The notes: generated from the letters alone by a model not told the origin. DNA of 64,000 nucleotides from Candidatus Woesearchaeota archaeon (GCA_030750765.1 JASMHM010000001.1:334696-398695), one strand, 5' to 3'; positions 47,286 through 56,293 are shown, counted from the first letter of the stretch. Numbers and translations: made by a program.

Positions 47286-48185
47286 TTAGCGACCTAACTC
47301 TGAAGCTTTCTGCGTGTCTACCACCAAGTTCTTTCCGATGAGGACGTGTTGGATGATGCAGTTCTTTCCTTGTGCCTTTGCCTTGTAGACTGCTTTGTCT
47401 GCTTCTTCAAAAAGATCAGAATAGGTTACTTTTTCGTCCAGCTTGGTGGCTAACCCTATGGAAACCGTGCGTTCGCCGCTTTCGAGGCTTCGGCGTAGCT
47501 TTTCCATCTCCTCGTTGGCTTCCTTTGGCCCCATCATGAGATGTATGGCGAACTCCTCACCGCCATACCTGCCTACCGTGCCCTTTACCGAGCGTAACTT
47601 GTCTGCCACCTTTTGCAAGAGTTGGTCGCCGGCAGTATGCCCCTTAGTGTCATTGTATGTTTTGAAATTGTCAATATCTAGCATGGCTACGCTGACCTCT
47701 CCTTTCATCTTACTGGATACAACACTGGAAAAGTGTTGTCGGTTGTACAGTTTGGTTAGGGAGTCATGTGTTGCCTTTTCTTCCATATTGGTGTGGGCTT
47801 CCATGCCTGCCAGAGCTTTTTGCAGAACTTCCACGCTAAAGGTTAGTTCTTCTATGTACGCTTGGAGTGGCGTTGTTCCGTAGAGGAATACGGCACCAAT
47901 AAAACTTCGATCTTTAACAACAGGCACAGCGATGTAGTATCCTGCTAGTTCTTTGGGTGTGGGCCCTCCTTCGGCCATTTTTTGTTCGCGAAGCTTTTCT
48001 ACCATTTCCTTTTCGAACACTTTGTACTCTTTCTTGTCGTAAAGCTGCGTTCGATCTCCGGAAAGAATTATGGTGACGTTGCTTGCTTGGAAGGTATGCT
48101 GGAAGTGGTCTAATGCTTTTTGGATCACACTTTTTTTGTTGAGTATGCCTAGTAGTGCGACTGCTAGTTCATACCCCTTTCTCAT
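47286..48185 (-). CDS. GGDEF-domain diguanylate cyclase with N-terminal GAF-like sensor domain
   Basis: HDSLTKLYNRQHF, MLDIDNFKTYNDTKGHTAGDQLL, RYGGEEF (A-site, coordinates 47550-47564) and ADKAVYKAKAQGKN motifs. There is no RxxD I-site. Confidence 0.75.
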   Translation of the reverse strand: MRKGYELAVALLGILNKKSVIQKALDHFQHTFQASNVTIILSGDRTQLYDKKEYKVFEKEMVEKLREQKMAEGGPTPKELAGYYIAVPVVKDRSFIGAVFLYGTTPLQAYIEELTFSVEVLQKALAGMEAHTNMEEKATHDSLTKLYNRQHFSSVVSSKMKGEVSVAMLDIDNFKTYNDTKGHTAGDQLLQKVADKLRSVKGTVGRYGGEEFAIHLMMGPKEANEEMEKLRRSLESGERTVSIGLATKLDEKVTYSDLFEEADKAVYKAKAQGKNCIIQHVLIGKNLVVDTQKASELGR

Positions 48186-49251
48186 GCTTCACCCTTTTGA
48201 CTGCCTCTTTGAACTCTTCCCACTTATCCTTTCTTATGGTACCACCAGCCGCCATACGATGACCGCCTGCAACACCTTTTCCCTCGGCAGCTTCTGCTAG
48301 GATTTCATTACCAGGAATGTCTGCTTGCGTTCGCATGCTAATATGCACCTTATCTCCCCTAGTGTCGGCCACGATGAGCATTTTGTCTTTGTGTCGCTTG
48401 GAAAGAAGGCTTGCAACGGTTCCTTTGATGCCAAACTTGGGTTCTATCTCATAGAAAACAATTTCTCCCTCTTTGTCTGCCTTTTCATCGTACTCATCGA
48501 TCACTCTGTTGATCTCTTTGTTGATTATTTCTTCATACTGTGCGAGTTTGCTGTTTAGAACGTCATCAGGACCTTTGGCGTTGTACACGACGTCGTAGCA
48601 TTCTCCCACTTTTGTCTTGTCAAAGGCCTCTGCGCTTGAGATAACGATGGCACAATGCCCTAACACTGTTTCGAACCATTCATTGTTGGGGGCTATCTTC
48701 CATTTTTCGCACACTTTCTTGAGAAAGCCTTCCCATTTCTTTGTGGCAACGTCTCCAATCATGCCTACAGCGCACATCCAGTCTAGATCTTCCATGTCGA
48801 CCAAGACTGCAGCTACGTCGTACACGATCTGTGCGGCAGAATAACCGCTTGCGTCTTCAATATCGTATGCTAGCTGGGGTTTGTAGATGATTGCGTGCTC
48901 TGTGCTGCTTACCGGGTGATGGTCTAAGACCATGACATTTGCGAACTCGCTCATGCTCTTGAGGGTTGCAGCATCTCCATCACAGTTAAGATCGGTGATA
49001 ACAACTTTGGTTACGTTCTTTTGTTTAAGCATCTCCACGGTTGCTGGAAGGATGGTGACCTCGCCGCCTTCTTGGTTGTAGCGAACGTCGACAGGCTTGC
49101 CACGTATGCGTTCGACAAGTTTTGCGGCAAGAACACCACTCGTCACGCCATCCGGATCAGTATGATGGATGACTGCAACAACATCTTCTTTGGTTAAGGT
49201 TTTGAAGAAATCTTCTGTTGCTTTGATAAGTTCTGGATTTCTGACCTTCAT
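48169..49251 (-). CDS. DHH/DHHA1 phosphoesterase (NrnA/RecJ-core-like)
   Basis: HHTDPDGVTSG (motif I/II), LDHH (motif III) and GGHRMAAGG (DHHA1) motifs. TATA cttttaaagc ~22 nt upstream. Confidence 0.75.
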   Translation of the reverse strand: MKVRNPELIKATEDFFKTLTKEDVVAVIHHTDPDGVTSGVLAAKLVERIRGKPVDVRYNQEGGEVTILPATVEMLKQKNVTKVVITDLNCDGDAATLKSMSEFANVMVLDHHPVSSTEHAIIYKPQLAYDIEDASGYSAAQIVYDVAAVLVDMEDLDWMCAVGMIGDVATKKWEGFLKKVCEKWKIAPNNEWFETVLGHCAIVISSAEAFDKTKVGECYDVVYNAKGPDDVLNSKLAQYEEIINKEINRVIDEYDEKADKEGEIVFYEIEPKFGIKGTVASLLSKRHKDKMLIVADTRGDKVHISMRTQADIPGNEILAEAAEGKGVAGGHRMAAGGTIRKDKWEEFKEAVKRVKHEKGV

Positions 49252-49384
49252 GGTTTTTTGTTAGTGTTCTTGCTTTAAAAGGTTGAGGAAAAAAAGGTGA
49301 AGGCGCGTAGGGTTAGAACAGAGCATGTACGCACCTTCTAGGGGTTGTGAGTGAAAATTTATTGAAGCGCAAGGTACAGAGCAC

Positions 49385-49414
49385 TGCTGTCGAATTGCTC
49401 TAACAGCTTTTTTT
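49385..49414 (+). terminator. orphan hairpin (GCTGT...ACAGC) followed by T8
   Basis: Seen in the divergent intergenic region. No upstream CDS on this strand. Confidence 0.25.
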
Positions 49415-49577
49415 TGCCGGATTTCCCAGGCATTGTACTTCTCCCACACAACGCTTGCGCGCGGTGCGCTTCAATCTTCATAATGTACTATACCCCCCTG
49501 TGTTATTCATTAATTGCGTATGTAGAGTACGTACTTATCTCGATATTATTATATACTTTTAACGTGACTTTGGAGGT

Positions 49578-51230
49578 ATGGACCGTATTCCACTGCAAGT
49601 TCAAGAGTTGTTAGAGAACATCCGCAGAGTCTATAAGGTTACAGCGGACCAAACAAAAGCTTTGAAAGTTACTTTGGGTGAAACGGGCACGTTACTTCAA
49701 GCTATCCAAGATCTCAAAGGGGGGCTCTTTAGAAACAAAAAAGCAAAACTAGGTCTCTTGGCGCACCAAAATGCAATCAAATTATTGATGGTCAAAGCCC
49801 AGACACAAATGCAGAGGCTGAGAGTACTTGCTGATGCCAACTATTGGACTCAGCAAGAGGAGCGGCTCAGAACCCTACTCGAGGGAGATTTAGGGGAGGA
49901 GGATGTAAAGACTATCATCCAGATACTGTCCAAACAAAAAATGCTCATCTCTATGTCAGATGAACAACGCACCTTACTTGCCAGACGAATAAAGAAATGC
50001 GCACACTCCATACGGGCGATACTTGGCGGATATCCTCCCGATCTAGACGAAATGTGGGCACACACGAGTTCCCGACTTGCCGTTCTGACAGAAGCGGATT
50101 TCAAGCAGGCCCAAAAACTTGCTCTTGATTGCGTGGTCGATCTGGAGAGTGTTGCAACGAGTGTCAGGAGATTCACGCGTTTTCTTGAAGTTTCGATAAA
50201 CAAAGTAGATTCAGAACAGGCTGCCTCTCGCAAGTTGGTTGACGAATTTGAGTCAGAAATGGCATCAATGCGAGATATTGAGGTCAATGAAAATGACTTG
50301 AAAGAATTCCAGGAACTCGCCTTACGCGACAAGACTGTTTACGAATCAAAAAAACAGGCGGTCCTCAGAATGTTACCGCAGGTTAGGGGAATGAATGGAA
50401 CAATCTCGGAAGACCAATTAATACTGTGCAGAAGTATGGATTTTTTGCCAAAAAACGGTGTCGCACAAACCTCCTTTGCCAAAACAACGAGTGAGTACGG
50501 CGTTATGTGGTGTGGGACTCTCCACTTCTGCTTGAACGGCCCTGTCACCTCACATGGTTTTAGAGACATGCCCGACCAAAAATACGCCTTGCTCATTCCA
50601 CTCCCCCCAATAATGCACTTAGTTGTCAACATCACCCCTTACGATACCTATACGGTGGGACATGTTCCTCTTCCCACAGGAAGTGAGTTGCTCATTCCCT
50701 ACGAAGATTATAATGATCCTGAAAAAAGATCCGTGGCCGAGCGATCAGCAGGCAATGCTGAGGTCCTGTCGAAACATCAAGGAGAGACTAATGAACAGGC
50801 GATGAGACGCCGAGTTGTTGCGCGAGGGTACACACCTCTGAGGCATTCATCCAAGTATTCAAATCTCGAGGAAGATTCTGCTTTGCACAAAGAACAGATT
50901 AGTCCATTTGTCGATATTGGCAAAAAAAGCAAAAGTTGGGGTAAAGACTTCGGAAGACACTTTGACACCATTTGGACGGGCGTTGAACTAGGACTTGAAT
51001 CTGCTTTTGACACTCTGCAAAAAAAACCTTCCCCCGAATGGGCTTCAGAAGCTGGGCAAAGGTATGAACAAATGGATGCTTGCATAACAAGCATGATTGA
51101 GTATCATGAGCAATTCGGCGGAGATTGGGAAAGCTATGAACGGATGATAAAAACCGCAATACGATTTAAAGCAGCACTTAAGAAGCGAATCCAAAAGTTT
51201 GATCCTTCATTTGAAACCGCAGTAGCCTGA
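49578..51230 (+). CDS. hypothetical protein (550 aa), helical N-terminal half, no recognisable motifs
   Basis: Long ORF. ttatatac TATA ~26 nt upstream, GGAGGT directly abutting the ATG. Followed by a strong terminator hairpin. Confidence 0.55.
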   Translation: MDRIPLQVQELLENIRRVYKVTADQTKALKVTLGETGTLLQAIQDLKGGLFRNKKAKLGLLAHQNAIKLLMVKAQTQMQRLRVLADANYWTQQEERLRTLLEGDLGEEDVKTIIQILSKQKMLISMSDEQRTLLARRIKKCAHSIRAILGGYPPDLDEMWAHTSSRLAVLTEADFKQAQKLALDCVVDLESVATSVRRFTRFLEVSINKVDSEQAASRKLVDEFESEMASMRDIEVNENDLKEFQELALRDKTVYESKKQAVLRMLPQVRGMNGTISEDQLILCRSMDFLPKNGVAQTSFAKTTSEYGVMWCGTLHFCLNGPVTSHGFRDMPDQKYALLIPLPPIMHLVVNITPYDTYTVGHVPLPTGSELLIPYEDYNDPEKRSVAERSAGNAEVLSKHQGETNEQAMRRRVVARGYTPLRHSSKYSNLEEDSALHKEQISPFVDIGKKSKSWGKDFGRHFDTIWTGVELGLESAFDTLQKKPSPEWASEAGQRYEQMDACITSMIEYHEQFGGDWESYERMIKTAIRFKAALKKRIQKFDPSFETAVA

Positions 51231-51241
51231 GAATAAAAAGC

Positions 51242-51274
51242 GGCGCGTTTGGGAGTATGCGAACGCGCCTTTCC
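51242..51274 (+). terminator. GC-rich hairpin GGCGCGTT-N12-AACGCGCC followed by TTT
   Basis: Perfect 8-bp stem lying 12 nt after the stop codon of the 550-aa gene. Confidence 0.45.
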
Positions 51275-51492
51275 CTGTCTGACCGGTCAGTGTTGGGATT
51301 ACACTGGTGGTGCACGCGTTTTTTCTTGCGGTTGTTGAGTTTCTCGAACAACGTTCGTCGCTTTCTGCCGGATTGCCCAAGCATGTTTTTGCGTGCGTTG
51401 ACACCCGCCTTACGGGGGTGTCGTGATCGTTGGTTTGGAATCCCAAGCCAACAAATAAAGAATACATAAGCTTTTATATGTGAATATCGCAC

Positions 51493-52326
51493 TTGCAGTA
51501 CGTACTTATGGAAGTCAGAAAACTCGTTAAAGCAGGAAAGCACTCCCACAGCGTAAGCCTACCTAAGGGGTGGCTGACCCATCACGGTCTCAAGACTGGA
51601 GATAGCGTGTATATAATACAGGGAGACAAGGAAGTCACCGTAACACCATTCCCTACTGCACCTACGAACGAGGTCAAAGAGCGCACTATAGAGGTGGGAG
51701 AAAAAAGTTTAGAGTCAGTAAGACGAGAGGTTACCTCTGCGTACATCAACAACTTCACCGATATTCGCTTTAGTAAGGTACAAAACCATGATGATGTTTT
51801 ATCCGTCTTGCAAGACTTTGTTGCTTTGGAGGTTGTGGACCAGCAATCTACAACTATTGCAGTAAAGGACTTGCTAAATCTTTCTGAGATCAACGTGGAC
51901 CAATCCTTACGAAGGATGGACATGATCATTAGAACGTTATTCAAAGAGGCAGAACCAAGAGAGCAAGACTTGAACAAACTATACTTCTTACTTTACCGTT
52001 TGGTGAAGGGAGCCATGAAAGATCAGAAGATGGCTGATGCATTAAACATCAAGCAAGACAACCTTCTCCTTACGTGGTATCTTACCGTGAACCTGGAAGA
52101 TATTGGCGATATTCTTGAAAAAATGCCCAAGAAATCAGGGTTGAAAGATTTGGAGAGCAGCTATCTGGATGCTATGAAGGCATACTTCACCAACAACAAA
52201 GAGTTGGCAGAAGAAGTCATCAGTAATTGGCAATCCCAAAAGCCCAAGAAGGGCGATGCTGAGCAGGTCAAACAACTTGCCACCCACATCAACAACATCG
52301 CAAGAATTGTGTTAGATTTAGAATAG
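51493..52326 (+). CDS. phosphate-uptake-regulator-like protein: SpoVT/AbrB swapped-hairpin N-terminal domain + PhoU-like helical domains
   Basis: MEVRKLVKAGKHSHSVSLPKGWLTHHGLKTGDSVYI resembles AbrB. The C-terminal half consists of paired PhoU-like helical repeats. Confidence 0.7.
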   Translation: MQYVLMEVRKLVKAGKHSHSVSLPKGWLTHHGLKTGDSVYIIQGDKEVTVTPFPTAPTNEVKERTIEVGEKSLESVRREVTSAYINNFTDIRFSKVQNHDDVLSVLQDFVALEVVDQQSTTIAVKDLLNLSEINVDQSLRRMDMIIRTLFKEAEPREQDLNKLYFLLYRLVKGAMKDQKMADALNIKQDNLLLTWYLTVNLEDIGDILEKMPKKSGLKDLESSYLDAMKAYFTNNKELAEEVISNWQSQKPKKGDAEQVKQLATHINNIARIVLDLE

Positions 52327-52423
52327 TTAAAAAGGGTTAGCGAAATTTTATAAGTGCAGAAGGTTTTATGTTTGCATAAGTAACACCAGCGGAACGCACA
52401 ACATCGCACTTATTCCAGGAGAT

Positions 52424-53503
52424 TTGAATGGAATAACAGTCACGGATGCAGTTCTTAGGTTAAGCGACTCTTTGAATCCTTTCCTCAGCAAACCTCTTAG
52501 TCTAGAAATCTATCCTTACCGTATCGAATACTTTGAGGAAAACGATATTCAGGAACTAGGTGCGAAAGAACTGGGCGAGCTGGCCCAACATGATGCCATC
52601 TTCTTAGGAGCGGTGGGAGATCCACGAAGAAAACACGTTAAAGTAGAAACCGGCATTCTTCTGAGTATCCGCCAAACGTTTGACCAATACATTAATCTCA
52701 GACCGGTCGAACTGCCCGCGGGTGTGCCTTCTGTTTTGGCAAACAAAGGCTCTCAGGATATCGATTTTGTCATATGTAGAGAAAATACTGAAGGATTGTA
52801 TGCAGGCAGGGGAAGAATAGTTTCTCCCGGAACTGATTACAAATACGCAGTCCAAGAAATGGTGTGCAGTGACATGGGCGTGCGTCGTCTCGTAGAGTAT
52901 GCCACAAATTTAGCTATTGAGCGACCTGGCGAGTCACGCTTACACATCGTGTTCAAAAATAATGTCCTAAAATACGCAGCACAAATATGGGAACCCATCA
53001 TCGACGAATATCAACAAAGAACTGACGTGGATGTTCAATACATGCACGTTGACGCCTTTGTCGCAGCCATGATCACGCGACCAGAACAATTCCACGTAGT
53101 ATGCACAGAAAACATGTTTGGATATATTTGCACGGACCTGGGAGCAGTGCTCCAAGGTGGCATGAACGTTGCCGTATCCGGAAATCTGAATCCTACCCGG
53201 GAACACCCTTCAATGTTCGAACCCGTTCACGGCACGGCGCCGGACCTAGGGTATGATGATAACGGTCAACGGGACGAATCTCTTGTCCAAAGGATAAAGC
53301 CAGAAGCAGCCATGCTTTCATTTGCCATGATGTTAGAGCATCTTGGAGAATCGCGAGGAGCAGACGCACTGAAACATGCCGCCTTGTCTAACCTTCGCCA
53401 TCCTGACTATCAGGAAATGAAACTTGACGAGTTGACAGAAAGAGCAGGAAAGATTATTCTTACTTACGCTGAAAGCGGCGAAACGTTTCCGGCAAGTCAA
53501 TAA
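52424..53503 (+). CDS. isocitrate/3-isopropylmalate dehydrogenase family (LeuB-like)
   Basis: NLRPV, GDxxGxxV-type N-terminal strand, and NMFGYICTDLGA motifs. The conserved N-terminal segment IALIPGD lies upstream of any canonical start codon. Confidence 0.7.
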   Translation: MNGITVTDAVLRLSDSLNPFLSKPLSLEIYPYRIEYFEENDIQELGAKELGELAQHDAIFLGAVGDPRRKHVKVETGILLSIRQTFDQYINLRPVELPAGVPSVLANKGSQDIDFVICRENTEGLYAGRGRIVSPGTDYKYAVQEMVCSDMGVRRLVEYATNLAIERPGESRLHIVFKNNVLKYAAQIWEPIIDEYQQRTDVDVQYMHVDAFVAAMITRPEQFHVVCTENMFGYICTDLGAVLQGGMNVAVSGNLNPTREHPSMFEPVHGTAPDLGYDDNGQRDESLVQRIKPEAAMLSFAMMLEHLGESRGADALKHAALSNLRHPDYQEMKLDELTERAGKIILTYAESGETFPASQ

Positions 53504-53837
53504 TGTACTTGCCTTCTTCCAACCTGAATACCAATGGTTCGCCTTTAAACAACTGAATAAGGTCGATCTCGTATTTGCCCGGTGTCAATACTCTTATCGT
53601 TTCAAAATCTAGAATGACTGGCGCACCTGGATCTTTGTTGCCCACCATCTCGATGACGTCTTGTTCTATCTGGGTCTTGTCCTCATCGCTCAGCTTGCGC
53701 TCCACCAAAATCTTTGCGCTCTCAAGATTTTTCTTTTTCAGAAAGAAAAATAGCTTAGCGCCGCAAGTACATCCTTTGAGGATCTCCTCAGCCCCGTCGC
53801 CATAAACTTTTGCGCACCGAACACATTGATGTGGCAT
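53460..53837 (-). CDS. zinc-ribbon domain protein
   Basis: N-terminal CVRCAKVYGDG...CTCGAK (CxxC...CxC). Overlaps the convergent LeuB-like gene by 44 nt. Confidence 0.5.
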   Translation of the reverse strand: MPHQCVRCAKVYGDGAEEILKGCTCGAKLFFFLKKKNLESAKILVERKLSDEDKTQIEQDVIEMVGNKDPGAPVILDFETIRVLTPGKYEIDLIQLFKGEPLVFRLEEGKYIIDLPETFRRFQRK

Positions 53838-53925
53838 ACTCGTAGCGAGCGGTCACGACTTATAAGGTTTGTTGTGCTCGTGAACAAAGCAGGTTTATAT
53901 AGGCCACTTAAATGGGTTTTATAGT

Positions 53926-55281
53926 ATGAATAACGACCTAGTAAGCACTATCAACGAGAAATATCGAGGCAAACGATTAAAAGAGACAGCCCTCGCGCAC
54001 GTTAGGGAGGCAGGTATTGATACCAACCGATTTGTCTACTTTACTCCTTCCTTTGATGCAGATGAAGCTTTTGCCTTTGCTATGGGACGAGGCCAAAACG
54101 CCCGATTCGGACAGGCTTCTGAAGCGCGCAAACCACTCCAACTTTACATAGGAGACCAGTTTATGAACCTACTTTCGCGCATGACGCCCACAACGCTGAT
54201 TGATGCAAGCATGCTTGAAAAAGGATGGAAGGCACGCAAGACCAACACAAAGTGCTGGGCAAGAGATACGGACGTGCATGGAGGGCTTGATTTTGTCTTA
54301 AAATCCCCTCCAGATTCTATAACGCCACACAGGCACGAAACCACTATTGACGCAGCGTTCCTTGTCCAAGAAACGCCACTCATCTTAGAATCAGGCAACA
54401 CCAAGCATCGCGCCGAAAGCTTGTTTTCTGAAACGCCCTGGAAAAAACGAACAAGAGCATTGAACTTGGTTTACGAAAGCCGTGGTAAACGCCCGAAAAG
54501 ACTCATGATCTACTCTCGGAGTATGATTGCGAGCCTGCTGGGCGATGAGACAAGTCGAGAACAATTGCTTGCCCGCATGAAGTACAACAAAGGTTTGTAT
54601 TTCTTGCTACACCCTTGGAATCTTACCCAGCTTGATACACACGGTTCTGAGTTGGTCGCGAAATATCAGGATAAGAAGTCCGAAGATTGTATCGTTGAGA
54701 TCTGCCTAAGAGGCGGGGTCAATGAGAGGATGAAAAAATGGCAGAGCCACTTGCAAGACCTCTATGAAGAGTTTCGCACGCAATCTCCGGTATACCTAGC
54801 ACAGTATAACCCCGACCCCATAAGAGACCCGGTAGCGCGAGATGTCTACATAGAAGCTATGTCTCCCTTATTGAGGGCCATCCGGAATCAAAATAGTTGG
54901 GGTGCTTTTGAGTATACTGAATTTCTCATGCCGGTTAAAAGAATTCTGGGATTGATTGAGCAAAAGGTTCGTGAAGAAGATCAAGCGTTTGCGGTTGCTA
55001 GAGTTCTCAGACTCCCGGAATTCATCAGCGCTCTTCCAGTAGATGTTGCTGAAGATGAGCGATTCCCCATGCAACTACCTCACAAAAGGTTGGGTTACTT
55101 AGAAGGACATCTCAATCGATACGACCCTTATGGGAGAAAGTCTTTTGCCAAACACTGGGATGAGTTTGAGGGTTGGGCTAGAATGGCAAACAGACCCAAG
55201 GACATCATGGAGTATGGAACGCGATTGCCAGGATCTTATGACGGCTCAAATCGCGTTAGAGGAAAAAAGGTAGCGCAATAA
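53926..55281 (+). CDS. hypothetical protein (451 aa), Arg-rich, no recognisable motifs
   Basis: Long ORF with ATG start, in an intergenic context consistent with an independent transcript. Confidence 0.5.
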   Translation: MNNDLVSTINEKYRGKRLKETALAHVREAGIDTNRFVYFTPSFDADEAFAFAMGRGQNARFGQASEARKPLQLYIGDQFMNLLSRMTPTTLIDASMLEKGWKARKTNTKCWARDTDVHGGLDFVLKSPPDSITPHRHETTIDAAFLVQETPLILESGNTKHRAESLFSETPWKKRTRALNLVYESRGKRPKRLMIYSRSMIASLLGDETSREQLLARMKYNKGLYFLLHPWNLTQLDTHGSELVAKYQDKKSEDCIVEICLRGGVNERMKKWQSHLQDLYEEFRTQSPVYLAQYNPDPIRDPVARDVYIEAMSPLLRAIRNQNSWGAFEYTEFLMPVKRILGLIEQKVREEDQAFAVARVLRLPEFISALPVDVAEDERFPMQLPHKRLGYLEGHLNRYDPYGRKSFAKHWDEFEGWARMANRPKDIMEYGTRLPGSYDGSNRVRGKKVAQ

Positions 55282-55668
55282 TCACTTTTTCTTCTTTTTC
55301 TTGACATCCTTCGTAAGAAGTTCGATTTTGGAAGGATCGCGTTTGATTTTCTTGACCACATTCGCACTGCCGATGATGGTAATGCCGGTTTGCATGCCCA
55401 GAACTAACCCCATCATGTCGTACTTGAACTTTTGTAGGCCATCCTTGACTCTGTCTCTAGGATCTATGACTGCTAACTCTATCCCTTTGAATTCTTTGTT
55501 GATCTCTTCCATGGTCGCCTTGATGAGCTCTTTCTCCTCATCAGGTCTGAGCCTTCCTTGGAGAAGGATTATTTTGTTGTCTTTAGCAAGATTCAAGAGT
55601 TTTCGGATTCTTCCTAGGCTGGACAGCTTTTCTATCTCATGATAGCCCATTACGTGAAACGTTACCAT
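55282..55668 (-). CDS. conserved small protein co-transcribed with GTPase, poly-Lys C-terminus
   Basis: 128 aa. Starts 2 nt after the GTPase stop. Ends DVKKKKKK. Confidence 0.5.
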   Translation of the reverse strand: MVTFHVMGYHEIEKLSSLGRIRKLLNLAKDNKIILLQGRLRPDEEKELIKATMEEINKEFKGIELAVIDPRDRVKDGLQKFKYDMMGLVLGMQTGITIIGSANVVKKIKRDPSKIELLTKDVKKKKKK

Positions 55669-55669
55669 T

Positions 55670-56293
55670 CTATGCTCCTATTAGATCAAACACTTCTTCA
55701 TAGAAGTTATTAATATTTTTCCCATATTTAGCACTAATTCCCACAATGTTGTATTGCGGGAAGGCTGCCTGGATTTTCTTCATGTTTGCCTTTCGTAGAT
55801 CTACTTTGTTTGCGGCAATGGTTACGGGAATCTCTCGTGCTTGTAAGTTCCCAATAATTGTGATGTTTACTTGGCTGTATGGGTCTGTGGTGGCGTCGAG
55901 AACAACAACTACGGCATCCATGTCGTCCAACCACTTGATGCTGTCAATAACACCTTTTGTGGCTTCTTTTGCTCGTTTCTTGGCCTTCTTCTCTGGCATT
56001 CCTGCCTTAAGGAACTCTTCATAGTCCACTTTAGTTGCGATGCCTGGCGTGTCTACCAGGTTAAATTGTAGTTCTCGCCCGTCTTTGCTCTTGATGGTGA
56101 CGCTTTCCTTCATCTGGATCTCTCGGGTCTCGTGAGCCATCTTGCTCACTTTGCCTAATTCCTCGCCGAGCCAGTCCTTACAAATGCGGTTGGCGAGCGT
56201 TGTCTTGCCAGAATTAGGCGGACCGTAGAGACCTAGCTTAACATCCTGCTTAGCAAACAGCCTTCTAAACCATCGTTTTAGGAACCTTAACAT
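55670..56293 (-). CDS. small GTP-binding protein (archaeal MMR_HSR1-type GTPase)
   Basis: G1 GPPNSGKTT, G3 DTPG, G4 NKVD, G5 SAK. Confidence 0.75.
   Translation of the reverse strand: MLRFLKRWFRRLFAKQDVKLGLYGPPNSGKTTLANRICKDWLGEELGKVSKMAHETREIQMKESVTIKSKDGRELQFNLVDTPGIATKVDYEEFLKAGMPEKKAKKRAKEATKGVIDSIKWLDDMDAVVVVLDATTDPYSQVNITIIGNLQAREIPVTIAANKVDLRKANMKKIQAAFPQYNIVGISAKYGKNINNFYEEVFDLIGA

Noticed and set aside
49379-49414. Possible tRNA at the hairpin-T8 element
   Set aside because: No acceptor, D or anticodon arms could be drawn. The GTCGAAT segment does not sit in a 5-bp stem/7-nt loop T-arm.
51257-51469. 70-aa ORF in the hairpin-rich intergenic region
   Set aside because: It is GC-rich structured DNA. 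The ORF has no start context and runs through multiple palindromes.
53215-53225. GTTCGAACCCG tRNA T-loop-like string
   Set aside because: It lies inside the LeuB-like CDS with no surrounding tRNA structure.
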